The position numbers and the translations under genes are program-made. A stretch of DNA of 64,000 bases from Candidatus Latescibacterota bacterium. Lineage in GTDB: Bacteria; Latescibacterota; UBA2968; UBA8231. The DNA lies in the NCBI GenBank assembly GCA_965197905.1, contig CBDAOB010000005.1, positions 2,048,001-2,112,000 of the forward strand, written 5' to 3'. Below the pieces are notes generated by a model, which was given only the letters and a program-made list of their open reading frames with translations, ran no database searches and was not told where the DNA came from. This document shows, piece by piece, positions 28,413-39,371 of this stretch (position 1 is its first letter; each line of letters starts with the position of its first letter).

Positions 28413-29912
28413 TTGAATATCGCCGTCGAACAGGGCGAAGTACAGAAAAAGACCGACGCTGCCGTCATTGTCAACCTCTTTGAAGGAGTGCGCCCCGCTG
28501 GAGCGACCGGGGCCGTCGACAAAGCCCTAGGCGGCCAAATACGAACCGCTATCGGACACGGAGACTTTGCCGGAAAACGGAACGAGCTCCTGTTGCTGTA
28601 CGGCAGCGCGGGTGTGGCTGCAAAGCGAGTTCTGGTCGTTGGTTTGGGACCGCGAAAGAGTTTTAACCTGGAAGTGGTCCGCGAAGCGGCTGGTACCGCT
28701 GCCCGTCACCTACAGAAGATGGGGCTTCCGTCGGCGTCGACGATTCTCCACGGCGCCGGAACCGGCAAGTTGAATGCCGAACAGGTCGCGGAAGCGATAG
28801 CCGAAGCCAGCATCCTCGCCTGCTACCGATTTGAAGCCTTCAAGACCAAAGAAAAATCCAAACCGATCCTCAAGAAGCTGACCATCGTCGAGTTCGATCG
28901 CGGACTCGTGACCAGCGCTCGCCGTGGTGCGCGAACGGGCAGGCACATTGCCGAAGCCACCTGCCTCGCCCGCGATCTGGCAAACCAGCCTGGCAACACA
29001 GCTACTCCTGCGTATCTAGCCCGGACCGCACGCTCGATCGCCCGGACCCGCGGCTTGAGCTGCCAGGTGCTGGACGAAACTCGGATGCGCAGATTGGGAA
29101 TGGGTGCGTTGCTTGCGGTGAGTCAGGGCAGTGCGGAGAAAGCTCAGTTCATAGTGCTCGAGCACAACAAACGAGCGGCGGGAAAACCACTCGTTTTCGT
29201 CGGCAAGGGAGTCACCTTCGACAGCGGCGGTGTCTCCATAAAACCCGGCGGCGGCATGGAGGATATGAAATTCGACATGTGTGGCGGGGCCGCCGTTATC
29301 GGGGCCATGCAGGCGGTCGCGGCGCTTAAACTTCCCGGTCGCATAGTGGGCATCGTGCCCGCAACGGAGAATCTGCTCGATGGGCAGAGTTTCAAACCCG
29401 GAGACATTGTGAGGACCCTGTCCGGCAAAACGATCGAGATCCAGAATACGGACGCGGAAGGCCGGCTGATACTCGCGGACGCACTGGCTTACGCCGCCCG
29501 TTTCAAACCGGCCGCCGTCGTCGACTTGGCGACCTTGACCGGCGCCTGCGTCGTCGCCCTGGGCCATCACGTCAGCGGCATGATGGGAAACGACGACAAG
29601 CTCGCGGAAAAGGTGAAAGCGGCCGGCGAGGCCACCGCTGAACGGGTATGGCCACTACCTCTCTGGGACGAATATCGACGGCAGATCCGCAGCGACTATG
29701 CCGACATGAAGAACACCGGAGGTCGAGCCGGCGGCGCCATCACCGGAGCTGCTCTGCTGGAGGAGTTCACCGAGGACTACCCATGGGTTCACCTGGACAT
29801 CGCCGGGACCGCGTGGAGCTCCAGAACGCGTCCCTACATTCCGAAAGGGGGTGTAGGGATCGGTGTGCGACTGCTCACCCACCTGGCACGGCACTGGAAA
29901 AAGAAGGCCTAG
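28413..29912 (+). CDS. pepA: leucyl aminopeptidase (M17)
   Basis: VGKGVTFDSGG, MKFDMCG, NTDAEGRL, DLATLTGA and HLDIAG motifs. Confidence 0.96.
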   Translation: MNIAVEQGEVQKKTDAAVIVNLFEGVRPAGATGAVDKALGGQIRTAIGHGDFAGKRNELLLLYGSAGVAAKRVLVVGLGPRKSFNLEVVREAAGTAARHLQKMGLPSASTILHGAGTGKLNAEQVAEAIAEASILACYRFEAFKTKEKSKPILKKLTIVEFDRGLVTSARRGARTGRHIAEATCLARDLANQPGNTATPAYLARTARSIARTRGLSCQVLDETRMRRLGMGALLAVSQGSAEKAQFIVLEHNKRAAGKPLVFVGKGVTFDSGGVSIKPGGGMEDMKFDMCGGAAVIGAMQAVAALKLPGRIVGIVPATENLLDGQSFKPGDIVRTLSGKTIEIQNTDAEGRLILADALAYAARFKPAAVVDLATLTGACVVALGHHVSGMMGNDDKLAEKVKAAGEATAERVWPLPLWDEYRRQIRSDYADMKNTGGRAGGAITGAALLEEFTEDYPWVHLDIAGTAWSSRTRPYIPKGGVGIGVRLLTHLARHWKKKA

Positions 29913-29979
29913 CGGACACCCCTCCCGTTTGCACAACTTCAGCTAGCGCGGTTCAAAGGTTGCCGCGGGACATTCATGC

Positions 29980-32877
29980 ATGGTCCCATTCGAACCCATC
30001 CGCAGGCGTTTGAAGCGCCGGTCCTGGCAACTCGATTTCTGCCTGGCATCCACCGCCATTTGTCTCTGGAATCTGCTCAACGCGCTGGATATTCGGCTCG
30101 GGTTCGGGTTCGACTCGTTGCATTTCGCCCTCGACATTGGCACGCTGAAGAGCACCTGGCCCTGGACACCATGGGTGATGTCGACCCTTGGCTTGATTGG
30201 CGCTTTTCTTCGCGCACGGCGCGATGATCCTGGTCGCGAGTCGATCCAACGCGTCCTGCGGGGCGTGACCAAGCTGTGCACAGCGCTGATCCTCTTGCGC
30301 CTGTTCTCGTTGTGGGAAGTGGCCGGAGATCTGCTCCCATACGCGAGTCTGCTCTGGTCACCGCACGCCAATTGGACCTTGAACACCCTCTTCCTATTAC
30401 CCCTGCTCAATGGTTTTGCTTCGACCTGGGCGCGCTACCTGCGGTGCCTTCCCAACCGCGGTTTGTGCGCGGTCACTTTCCTGGTTAGCGCCGTGCTGTT
30501 CAGCGGCTACACCCTCTACTTCTGCCAGATCACCATGTTGCACGGGGACGAGGGTCAGTACCTGCTGGTGACTCAGAGCCTGATTCGCGACGGTGATATG
30601 GATCTGACCAACAATATCGAACCCGAGAACATCCGGGAGTTTCACGTCATCGATTCGTTTGGCCTCCACAAGGCTCCCGGTGCGCCCGCAGGCAAGATTC
30701 ATTCGGTGCATCCGATCGGATTGTCAATTCTCCTGGTTCCGCCCTATATGGCCGGGCTCGATCTGTGGCAGAACCCACGACTTGCATGCGCTTTGACCAT
30801 GGCACTGATGGCCGCCGGTTGCGTCGCATTGATGCTCGCCTGGTTGCTGCGCCTCCAGATTGCCCCGTGGGCTGCGCTGGCGGCGGCGGCCATAGCCGCG
30901 AGTACCGGACCTCTTTTTCTCTACACCACCCAACTCTTTCCCGACCTACCCGCACTGTTCATCTCACTGATCGCTCTGTGCGCCTTTGCCCACTGGCAAG
31001 TGCCCGGCGGGAGTTACCGATCCTGGGGCCGGCTGGAGCCGATCTGGTTGTCTTCGTTGAGCGCGGCCCTGGCTTTCTTGCCGTTCCTGCACGCCCGCTT
31101 CACCCCCATCGCCCTGCTGGCCGGCGTCGGCATCGTTTTGCAGATCCGGAGCAATCCCAAACCCAAGCTTGCCTTGGCTCCGGTGGTCGCGGTGTTCGTA
31201 GTCGGACTCATATTGTTGCTGCAATTCAACCTCGCCTTCAGCGGCGATTGGTTGGGACCGTTCAAACCGGGCAACGCCTGGGCAGAGGGCGCCCTTGATG
31301 TGGAGACCTGGTGGACCTCCCTGCCCGGGCACTGGCTGCATGGGGGTGTAGGTTTGGTGAACAGTACGCCCATCTATCTGTATTCCCTGTTGGGATTGGC
31401 GCTGCTGGCCAAGAAACGCGACCGGCGGCTTCTAATCGGAGCCGCGGTATACATCGCCACCGCTGTCGTCAACGGCATGCACCCGGACTGGAAATTCGGC
31501 TTCTGTTTGCCGGCGCGATTCCTGGTTACGTCGCTTCCCTGTCTCGTATTGGGTTTCGCGGTAGCGATGAGTCCGATCGTCCGCAATCCCGGCTTGGCTT
31601 TCATCGCGCTCTTCGCGTTTTGCGTAAGCGCTGACAGCATCTGGATGAATCTGGTACTGACCGAAGAATCCTACGTAGGAGACAACCTTTTCGCCCGTTC
31701 CGTCAACCACTATTACCCGTGGCAAGCCCATTTCAACAGCGATGAGACCTTGGGGTTTCTAACCGAATCCTTCTTTGTCATCCTGTTGCTTGCCGGCCTC
31801 TTTGCCCGCCATCTAGTAGCGCGCCTGGGAACGGGCTGGACGGGATGGGCCCTGGTTGGCGCCACCGCCCTGATCCCAACAGTATGGGGTCAGATGGAGA
31901 GCTTGACCTCTCGTCTGAAGACGACGACGTCGCACTTCATGAACCGACTCGATGCCGAGGGCGGCGTCGGCACCCGCAAGATGGTGGGGTACGACCTCAA
32001 TCTGAAACCCCTCTCCGTTCCACGGCAAAAGGATGGGAGCATTGAGGCTGTGGGGGGCAGACACGCACCCGGGCTGGTTGCCCGCGCCTACATGCCGCTA
32101 CTCGAGCCCGGATCCTACGTCTTGAAACTTCCCGATCTCCAGGCGCAATCGACCGCAGAGGGTCTGGCACCAGGACATTTGCTGATGCTGAAACGCGAAA
32201 CAGTCCATGCAAAATCGATTTGGGAAACGAGATTTGTGTTGCCCTTGATCGCCGACCGTGACCACAGCGAAATGATCTTTCACATCAATCGAACCGTTCT
32301 CGGGTTCACCTACCTTCATTTCTCTGGCTCCGGATCACTCCTGCTGCGACGCGCCCGGCTGCTCCATTCCCCCGGATTCGGGAACCTCCGGACCCGTGAG
32401 ATTCATCGCGCTGAAGGTGGCGCTCGTTCTTCGAGTGAGATACCGCTGGCTCATGTGGCAAGATTCCCCAACGTGAAACCTGGCGGTTACGCCGTCACCG
32501 CAGAGTTGAGCGGAACGACCGCCCACACCCTGGTAGATCGAGCCGCTTCACCCGTCGTGATGGCGGTCTTCTTGGAAGAAGGGGAAGCGGCGGGAGGAGC
32601 CATGGAGAGAGGGATCCGATCCTGGTTCGGATCCAAACGCGACCTGGTTTCGGTGGCTCAACAGGGCAGACCGGTATTACCCCTCATCGAAACCATCCAA
32701 GCGCCCTGGTGGATGGCTATACCGGTCCTGGGGGCGGACAAATACCAACTGGATTTCTCGGTTTTCCAACCAGGAGATGTCTGGGTAGCGTTGAAGTATG
32801 GGGGTCCGTTGGACATCGCGCTGGACCAGTTTGTGCTGAAGCAAATCGAGCCGGCACATCGAAGGCCGGTTGATTGA
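29980..32877 (+). CDS. large polytopic membrane protein, GT-C glycosyltransferase-like, with C-terminal soluble region
   Basis: GDEGQYLLVTQSLIRDGDMDL loop after the first TMs, more than 12 TM segments and a PARF motif. Confidence 0.7.
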   Translation: MVPFEPIRRRLKRRSWQLDFCLASTAICLWNLLNALDIRLGFGFDSLHFALDIGTLKSTWPWTPWVMSTLGLIGAFLRARRDDPGRESIQRVLRGVTKLCTALILLRLFSLWEVAGDLLPYASLLWSPHANWTLNTLFLLPLLNGFASTWARYLRCLPNRGLCAVTFLVSAVLFSGYTLYFCQITMLHGDEGQYLLVTQSLIRDGDMDLTNNIEPENIREFHVIDSFGLHKAPGAPAGKIHSVHPIGLSILLVPPYMAGLDLWQNPRLACALTMALMAAGCVALMLAWLLRLQIAPWAALAAAAIAASTGPLFLYTTQLFPDLPALFISLIALCAFAHWQVPGGSYRSWGRLEPIWLSSLSAALAFLPFLHARFTPIALLAGVGIVLQIRSNPKPKLALAPVVAVFVVGLILLLQFNLAFSGDWLGPFKPGNAWAEGALDVETWWTSLPGHWLHGGVGLVNSTPIYLYSLLGLALLAKKRDRRLLIGAAVYIATAVVNGMHPDWKFGFCLPARFLVTSLPCLVLGFAVAMSPIVRNPGLAFIALFAFCVSADSIWMNLVLTEESYVGDNLFARSVNHYYPWQAHFNSDETLGFLTESFFVILLLAGLFARHLVARLGTGWTGWALVGATALIPTVWGQMESLTSRLKTTTSHFMNRLDAEGGVGTRKMVGYDLNLKPLSVPRQKDGSIEAVGGRHAPGLVARAYMPLLEPGSYVLKLPDLQAQSTAEGLAPGHLLMLKRETVHAKSIWETRFVLPLIADRDHSEMIFHINRTVLGFTYLHFSGSGSLLLRRARLLHSPGFGNLRTREIHRAEGGARSSSEIPLAHVARFPNVKPGGYAVTAELSGTTAHTLVDRAASPVVMAVFLEEGEAAGGAMERGIRSWFGSKRDLVSVAQQGRPVLPLIETIQAPWWMAIPVLGADKYQLDFSVFQPGDVWVALKYGGPLDIALDQFVLKQIEPAHRRPVD

Positions 32878-32893
32878 AGCCGGTTGCTTCCGG

Positions 32894-34396
32894 CTAAGGA
32901 TCGAGGTCGTAGAGACGGCCGAATTTTTCGTTCAGATAACCCACGAACGGCCCGATTTCCAATCCTTTCCCAGCAACCTCCCGCACCAACTCCCCCGCCT
33001 GAAGACGGGAACCCCGTTGGTGGACCTTTGCGTTTAGCCATGATTTCAGCGGCATGAGCTCTCCCCTGGTGACCTGCTCGTCTAGATCGGGAATATCGCG
33101 GACCGCGCTGTCGTACAGCTGAGCGGCATAGAGATTGCCCAGCGTGTAGGTGGGAAAATACCCGAACAAACCGAGGGACCAGTGGACGTCTTGCAAAACC
33201 CCGAGAGCGTCGTTGGGAGGTCGGATACCCAGATAGTCCTCCATGCGTTGATTCCAGGCTTCCGGAAGCTCGGCCACCGACAGCTCGCCCGCCAGCAGCT
33301 CCCGCTCTAGCTCGAAGCGCAGCAGGATATGGAGATTGTAGGTCACCTCGTCCGCTTCGACTCGTATCAGGGAGGGTTCGACCCTGTTGATCGCGCGGTA
33401 GAAAGCGTCCAAATCAACCCCGTCCAACTGGGTGGGAAAGAGCTCTTTCAATGCCGGCAGATAGTGCGACCAGAGCCGCCGGCTGCGACCGATCATGTTC
33501 TCCCACAGGCGCGACTGGCTTTCGTGAATGCCAAGGGAAACCGCCCTTCCGGCCGGCAGGGTTTCCTGGTCGGCCGGGAGCCCCTGCTCATAAAGGCCAT
33601 GCCCCGTTTCGTGAATGATTCCGAACAGGGATTGGGTGAACCCGTTTTCATCGTATCTGGTGGTGAGCCTCACGTCTTCAGGACCGATCCCGCTGCAAAA
33701 GGGATGTACCGATATGTCCAGACGGCCGGCCTCGAGGTCGAATCCCATTTCCTCCATGATGCGGCGCCCAAATTGTTCCTGCAGCGCCACCGGAAACGGA
33801 CGCTCGAGCGCGTCAAACGGTGGCCGGTCCACAGTGGCGATCTTCTCCACCATGCGCACCAAGTGCTGGCGCAATTCCCCAAACACTGGACCGATCTCTT
33901 CCGCCGTCGCATATGGTTCGTACTCATCCAGCAGGGCGTTGTAGATCGAACCCTCGAAGCCGACGTTGTCGGCCACCTGCGTCTTCAGGTGGAGCATCTT
34001 TTCGAGCCATGGCCGGTAGTGGGCGAAGTCATCGTCCGCGCGCGCCTTGACCCACGCCTCGTGACTCAAAGAGGCCGTTTCACTGAGCTCGACTATCAGT
34101 TCTCGCGGAATCTTGCGGGCTCGAGCCTGCTCACGATCCAGCTGCCGCAAGTTTACCGCTTCGTCGCCCGCCAAATCTGCCTGTTTCAGATCCTCTATCA
34201 GATCGACGAGGGACTGCATGGTGAGTTTGTCGTGATAGATACCCGCCAGAGTGCCTAGACTGCGGGCGCGCATCCGCGCCCCCTTGGGAGGCATGTTGGT
34301 CTCCTGATCCCATCCCATCAACGCCTGGGCATGAGCGATATCCGCCAACTGGGACATGACTTCGAGCAATCGGGCGTAGCCGTTCTGCCCCGTCAT
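32894..34396 (-). CDS. carboxypeptidase M32 (Taq-type)
   Basis: HPF, HETGHGLYEQ, HESQS, IRVEADE, QDVHW and GYFPTYTLG motifs. Confidence 0.96.
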   Translation of the reverse strand: MTGQNGYARLLEVMSQLADIAHAQALMGWDQETNMPPKGARMRARSLGTLAGIYHDKLTMQSLVDLIEDLKQADLAGDEAVNLRQLDREQARARKIPRELIVELSETASLSHEAWVKARADDDFAHYRPWLEKMLHLKTQVADNVGFEGSIYNALLDEYEPYATAEEIGPVFGELRQHLVRMVEKIATVDRPPFDALERPFPVALQEQFGRRIMEEMGFDLEAGRLDISVHPFCSGIGPEDVRLTTRYDENGFTQSLFGIIHETGHGLYEQGLPADQETLPAGRAVSLGIHESQSRLWENMIGRSRRLWSHYLPALKELFPTQLDGVDLDAFYRAINRVEPSLIRVEADEVTYNLHILLRFELERELLAGELSVAELPEAWNQRMEDYLGIRPPNDALGVLQDVHWSLGLFGYFPTYTLGNLYAAQLYDSAVRDIPDLDEQVTRGELMPLKSWLNAKVHQRGSRLQAGELVREVAGKGLEIGPFVGYLNEKFGRLYDLDP

Positions 34397-34444
34397 TTCA
34401 ACCCGCCGTTCCGCCTAGGTTGGCGATGGGTGCTTGGCATCCCA

Positions 34445-35449
34445 TCATCTCTCCATGTCCGGGTAACCGGTCAGTTGATAGCCGATGTCGACATAATCCA
34501 GTAGCCGAGTTAGGACTCTAAAAGCAACTCCGAATCCGTCCACGCCGCTGTACCCACCGAACTGCCCGCCACCACGCAGATGCGGTTCCAGATCGAGAAA
34601 GACGCCGGGCACGCCCTGCCGTCGCAGTTTGCGGGTCAGCGCCGGTAAACGACGACGGAAATCCCGCAGGATCTTCTCATGTCCCGAATCTCCCTCATCG
34701 GCGGGCACGAAATTCTTGAGGCGCTCCTCGTCCACATGCCCATCCCACTTCAAAGCGGGATCGATCCGGTAGTCTTTGATATGCATCCAGCCTATCCCGC
34801 TCTTCATCGCCGAGTACTCCGCGAAGGTCCGTTCGGCAGGGAAGTTTTGACTTGCGAGATTCCCCCCATCGAAGATGAGGTAGAGATTCGGACTGTTTAC
34901 ACGTCGCTGCAGCGCCCGCAGGAGATGACCGTCTTGCCCGATCAGGTTGGCTTCCACCTCGAGCCCAAACAGGATGCCGGCAGCGGCGCACCGATCGACG
35001 ATCTGACCCAGACGATCGGCGGCTTCATCGACGAAAACGGTGGGATCGGTCCCCCGCGGATGGTAGAACGAAAACCCGCGGATGCAGCGGGTCTCCAGCT
35101 CGGTCGCCAGTGACACCGCCCGTTCCACATCCCGGCGCAGATAGGTCGAGAATGGCAGGAAGACGTTGCTCGTGCCATCCTCGACATCGCGCAGTTTGAC
35201 CTTACCGATAGGAGACCCCAGGGAGGAGACCCGAACCCCGAATTCACCGTGCAGGCGTTTCAACCGACGGACTTCCGCCCTGCTCAAGGTCATGGCGTTT
35301 TTGACGCCGTCACCCATATCGACGAAGCGCAGGCTATAATACGACAGTCCGAGTGCTGAAAGCATGGTGAGCTGGCTCTCGACGCGTTTATCCGCAGGGC
35401 CCTCGTCGGCGAATCCAGTGATAATCACTTCCGGCTTACGGAGCATCAT
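34445..35449 (-). CDS. sugar phosphate isomerase/epimerase-like TIM barrel (AP endonuclease 2 family)
   Basis: ITGFADE, GSPIGK, LEVE, FDGGN, MHIKD and DLEPHL motifs. SD GAGGAG. Confidence 0.85.
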   Translation of the reverse strand: MMLRKPEVIITGFADEGPADKRVESQLTMLSALGLSYYSLRFVDMGDGVKNAMTLSRAEVRRLKRLHGEFGVRVSSLGSPIGKVKLRDVEDGTSNVFLPFSTYLRRDVERAVSLATELETRCIRGFSFYHPRGTDPTVFVDEAADRLGQIVDRCAAAGILFGLEVEANLIGQDGHLLRALQRRVNSPNLYLIFDGGNLASQNFPAERTFAEYSAMKSGIGWMHIKDYRIDPALKWDGHVDEERLKNFVPADEGDSGHEKILRDFRRRLPALTRKLRRQGVPGVFLDLEPHLRGGGQFGGYSGVDGFGVAFRVLTRLLDYVDIGYQLTGYPDMER

Positions 35450-36062
35450 TGGTCTCCTCGACGATGTCGCTGATGCGGATCCGTCCCGAGGAAAGATCCA
35501 GCAGTCTCTGGCGCGTTTCTTCAACTCGGTGCTCCTCGACCAGGACTCGCAGCCGCACGTCGGCCCCGTAGTTCTCCTTGTCTATCAGTCCCGCTTCCGA
35601 CACTGTCGATTTGCAGAGCTCGAGATACTCGTACGGAGCCGCGATATCCAATGCCACGCGACTCACCTTGAGCTCGGTCGGCACTGCGGCGAGAACTTCC
35701 TGGGCGGTCTCGGTGTAGGCTCGGACCAAACCACCAGTTCCGAGCTTGGTGCCGCCGAAATAACGCACCACCACAACCACCACGTCCCCGATATTGCTTC
35801 CGGAAAGAACGGCCAGAACCGGCCGGCCGGCGGTACCCGACGGCTCGCCGTCATCGCTCATGCCGTGGGTTACGGTGGCTCCGTGACCCACGGCGAAGGC
35901 GTAGACATGATGCGAGGCATCGGGAAACTGCTCGCGCGTCCGGCGGAGAAACGCCTGGGCCTCTTCGACGCTGCCGGCGCGATCGGCAACGCCGATTAAT
36001 TTCGAATTCTTGAATCGCAGATCCACCCGCGCCGCACGGGCGGGGATCGCGTAACCGGTCAT
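35436..36062 (-). CDS. YigZ/IMPACT family protein
   Basis: DASHHVYA, SDDGEPSGTAG and RYFGGTKLGTGGLVRAY motifs. Confidence 0.95.
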   Translation of the reverse strand: MTGYAIPARAARVDLRFKNSKLIGVADRAGSVEEAQAFLRRTREQFPDASHHVYAFAVGHGATVTHGMSDDGEPSGTAGRPVLAVLSGSNIGDVVVVVVRYFGGTKLGTGGLVRAYTETAQEVLAAVPTELKVSRVALDIAAPYEYLELCKSTVSEAGLIDKENYGADVRLRVLVEEHRVEETRQRLLDLSSGRIRISDIVEETNDAP

Positions 36063-36183
36063 GTGGATGTCGCACCCCGCAGGAAAAAGGATAAACTAAG
36101 GTAGGTGGCCGGGAGACGCTATTTGTTGCGCGAATGGCTCCAGCCTGTTTTTTCATTACCCTATATCCGACAATGGAGATCAG

Positions 36184-36987
36184 ATGACCAAGTACAGCTA
36201 CATGATTTTCGAGCCGCTCTCTAGCCAGGAGCCGAACCGACTGCGCGCGAGCCTGGAACAGATCGCCCAGTGCGGTTATGAAGGAGCGGAGTTGAACCTG
36301 GTTCACCCAACAGCCGTCGAGCTGGGAACGCTGGAGGCCTGGCTTCGAGATCTGGACCTGGTCATCCCCTCCTTTCTAACCGGAGCGGTCTACAGTAGCG
36401 ACTGCTGTATGGCCTCGAAGGAGGCCGGCGCGCGCCGTCGGGCCGTTGAACACCTGTTCGACTGTCTGGAAACGGCGGCCCGGTTCGGGGCAATTATCGT
36501 CGTCGGATTGCTACAGGGGCAGCGCAGCGATGAAAGCGACACGCACACCGCACACCCGCGAATCGTCGAATGTTTGCGAGAGGTTGGAACACGCGCGGAC
36601 GACATGGGAGTCACGGTGGTGATCGAACCGATCAATCACCTGCAGGTCGGCTTCAACCACTCGGTGGCGGAGGTGCGCGGGCTGGTCCGTGATGTGGGCT
36701 GTTCGGCGGTGCAGCCCATGGTGGATACGATCCACATGAACATCGAGGAGAAATCAGTCGTAGAACCGATCCTTGATTGCGGTGCCGAGCTCGGTCACGT
36801 GCATCTATGCGAGAGCAACGGGGCTTTGTTGGGCAGCGGGCACGTGAATTTCCGAGCGGTACTGGAAGCGTTAAACACCGTGGAGTATACCGGTTTCGCG
36901 TCCGTGAAGGATTATCGTTCCCCGGATCTGGCGAAATCGGCCAGATCCTGTTTGCAATTCCTGCAGAGTGTGGCGAAACCGAGTTAG
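36184..36987 (+). CDS. sugar phosphate isomerase/epimerase (ketose 3-epimerase/IolO-like)
   Basis: IEPIN, DTIHMNIEE, HVHLCESN and GSGHVNF motifs. Confidence 0.88.
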   Translation: MTKYSYMIFEPLSSQEPNRLRASLEQIAQCGYEGAELNLVHPTAVELGTLEAWLRDLDLVIPSFLTGAVYSSDCCMASKEAGARRRAVEHLFDCLETAARFGAIIVVGLLQGQRSDESDTHTAHPRIVECLREVGTRADDMGVTVVIEPINHLQVGFNHSVAEVRGLVRDVGCSAVQPMVDTIHMNIEEKSVVEPILDCGAELGHVHLCESNGALLGSGHVNFRAVLEALNTVEYTGFASVKDYRSPDLAKSARSCLQFLQSVAKPS

Positions 36988-37889
36988 GTTTTGGAGGTGT
37001 CGAGCAGCGACCAGTCCAATTCGCGGACCTCGAGATCCAGTTCCTTCCAGTAGTACTTCAGGTCGCTGTCCCCCCAGCCCTCGTAGACCTGTTCCCAGGT
37101 CAACAGCCCTACGTGAGGCAAAAGGGAGGTGCTGTCGACGGTGGGCACGGAAAGCGGTTGATATCGGAAATCCACCGAAAGTCTAATCCGGTTCTCGGTC
37201 AGATTCGGCAAAGACCGGTGCACCGTCTTGCTGTGGAAGATGATGGCATCTCCCGCCCGCAGGTCCCCCTCAACCCAGCTCTCCTCGCAGTCATCCAGAA
37301 CCACGGTGCGATGTCCCGCACCGTCAGCATCGCGAACCTTCAGGATCTCGCGTTCGTGGGTACCGGAAAGGATGGTTAGCCCACCGAGTTCCCGCGGACA
37401 ATCTCCCAGGGAGAACCAACAGGTGTAGGTCGACTCGGAGCCCTGCACATAGATGAAATCCTGATGGGCGGGCGTTGGAGGCGCATCCCGATGGGGCGCC
37501 ATCAAACGTGCGATGTGGCGCGGGTGTACGAATACGGGTTCGCCGAACAGCTTGGCGAACAGGCCGACGATGGCAGGGTGGTGGGCAAGGCGGTGGAACT
37601 CCTCAATCCGGTAGAGATCCTGATACGCCTGTTTATCGACGCCGTTGGAGGCGTAACATTCCACCTCGTTTATGCAGGGATCGATGATGCCGTCCATGAG
37701 CTCGCTGCCCTCGAGAAGCCAACCCCGACGTTGGAACAGCTCGAGGATTGTTCGCCGCATCTCGAGAATCGGCTCCACTGGAATCAGGCCGCGGAAAAGA
37801 CCGAAGCCGTCCTTCTCAATCTGTTGCCTGAGTCCCCCCTCATCGTCGGCCAGCACGCTTAGATCACAGAATTCCGTGGGGTCGGCCAT
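36984..37889 (-). CDS. phytanoyl-CoA dioxygenase (PhyH) family Fe(II)/2OG oxygenase
   Basis: TPAHQD, GDAIIFHSKTVH and RLSVDFRYQ motifs. Confidence 0.9.
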   Translation of the reverse strand: MADPTEFCDLSVLADDEGGLRQQIEKDGFGLFRGLIPVEPILEMRRTILELFQRRGWLLEGSELMDGIIDPCINEVECYASNGVDKQAYQDLYRIEEFHRLAHHPAIVGLFAKLFGEPVFVHPRHIARLMAPHRDAPPTPAHQDFIYVQGSESTYTCWFSLGDCPRELGGLTILSGTHEREILKVRDADGAGHRTVVLDDCEESWVEGDLRAGDAIIFHSKTVHRSLPNLTENRIRLSVDFRYQPLSVPTVDSTSLLPHVGLLTWEQVYEGWGDSDLKYYWKELDLEVRELDWSLLDTSKT

Positions 37890-37913
37890 GGTCCCGATTT
37901 CTCCTCGAAGGTT

Positions 37914-39302
37914 CTAGAACTCTTCTTCCTGCTCGATGCGAAACTCGGGCGCCATGTTTTCAAAGCTGGCACTTTCCGGATTCCACATCAGATGCAGAGA
38001 GCCGGTCGGCCCGTTTCGCTGTTTCCCGATAATGACCTCCGCATGCCCCTCCAGGCTACCTCCCTCAGCTGACCGCAGTCCGTATACCTCGGGGCGATAG
38101 ATGAACATCACCAGGTCGGCATCCTGCTCCAGGGAACCACTTTCCCGCAGATCGGAGAGTTGCGGGCGGCGATCGGTGCGGCTTTCAACCGCCCTCGACA
38201 GCTGAGAAAGGGCAACCACCGGCACATCGAGTTCCTTCGCCAAACCCTTGAGGCCCCTAGAGATCTGGGAAATCTCCTGCTCTCGGCTGTTCACCTGAGT
38301 GTGACTGCTCATCAACTGGAGGTAGTCTATGATGATCATACCGACGCCGTAGTCGCGTTTGAGCCGGCGCGCCTTGGCCCGCGCCTCGAGGACGTTGATG
38401 CCCGGCGTATCGTCGACGAAGATCTGGGCTTGAGCGAGCTTGCCCACGTGGTGGGTTAGATTGAGCCAGTCCTCCTCCCGCAATCTGCCCGTCCGCAACT
38501 TGTGGAGATCCAACCGAGTTTCGATGCACAGGAGTCTCTGAGCCAGCTGCATCTTGGACATCTCGAGACTGAATATTCCAACCGGGACGCCGGCCTCCAC
38601 GGCGGCATTTCTTGCCAGGCAAAGCGCCAGAGCGGTCTTTCCCACGCTGGGTCGAGCCGCCAGGATCAACAGGTCACCGTTTTGAAATCCGGAGGTCATC
38701 TCGTTGATCTCGGCGAATCCGGTCTCGACCCCAGAGACGATGCTGTATTGTCGGTGAGCGTTCTCTATCTGTTCCAAGGTGCTTCCCAGCACCGTTTCCA
38801 AACGCTCGAACCCGTCGCTCAACCCGCGCTCGGTGAGGGCGAAGATATTTTGCTCGGCCCAGCTGATGAGCTCCTGCACGTCGGTGGACCCTTCGTATGC
38901 CTTCGCCGAAACCTGTGCCGATGTTTCGATCAATTTCCTTCCCAGCGCCTTCTCCAGGACAATGCGCGCATGGTAGTCGATATTGGCACTGGAGCTCACC
39001 TCGGTGGCCAGGGAAGCCAGGTAGACGACGCCCCCAACCTTCTCCAGCTGGTTCTCACGTCGCAGCTCTTCGGCGAGGGTGAGTTGATCCACCGCCTCGT
39101 TGCGCTCGTAGAGGCGCAGCATTGCTGCGTAGATCTGGCCGTGAGGAATATGATAGAAGCAACTCGAGTCGAGCAGCTCGATACCTCGACCGATGGCGCG
39201 GGAATCGATCATCATGGCTCCCAGAACGGCACGTTCAATCTCGACCGCTTGCGGCGGCATGCGTTCCACGTCTCGGCCATTCCCTGGTGCTCCCCGATTC
39301 AT
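37914..39302 (-). CDS. dnaB: replicative DNA helicase
   Basis: AARPSVGKT, FSLEMS, IDYLQLM, LSQLSR, DLRESGSLEQDAD and KQRNGP motifs. Confidence 0.97.
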   Translation of the reverse strand: MNRGAPGNGRDVERMPPQAVEIERAVLGAMMIDSRAIGRGIELLDSSCFYHIPHGQIYAAMLRLYERNEAVDQLTLAEELRRENQLEKVGGVVYLASLATEVSSSANIDYHARIVLEKALGRKLIETSAQVSAKAYEGSTDVQELISWAEQNIFALTERGLSDGFERLETVLGSTLEQIENAHRQYSIVSGVETGFAEINEMTSGFQNGDLLILAARPSVGKTALALCLARNAAVEAGVPVGIFSLEMSKMQLAQRLLCIETRLDLHKLRTGRLREEDWLNLTHHVGKLAQAQIFVDDTPGINVLEARAKARRLKRDYGVGMIIIDYLQLMSSHTQVNSREQEISQISRGLKGLAKELDVPVVALSQLSRAVESRTDRRPQLSDLRESGSLEQDADLVMFIYRPEVYGLRSAEGGSLEGHAEVIIGKQRNGPTGSLHLMWNPESASFENMAPEFRIEQEEEF

Positions 39303-39371
39303 GCTGTTTCCTTCATGTCGATAACCCGGTTTGATCCCCAGGTGAGCCGCTCCCGATGGTGGCAGCCCGGC

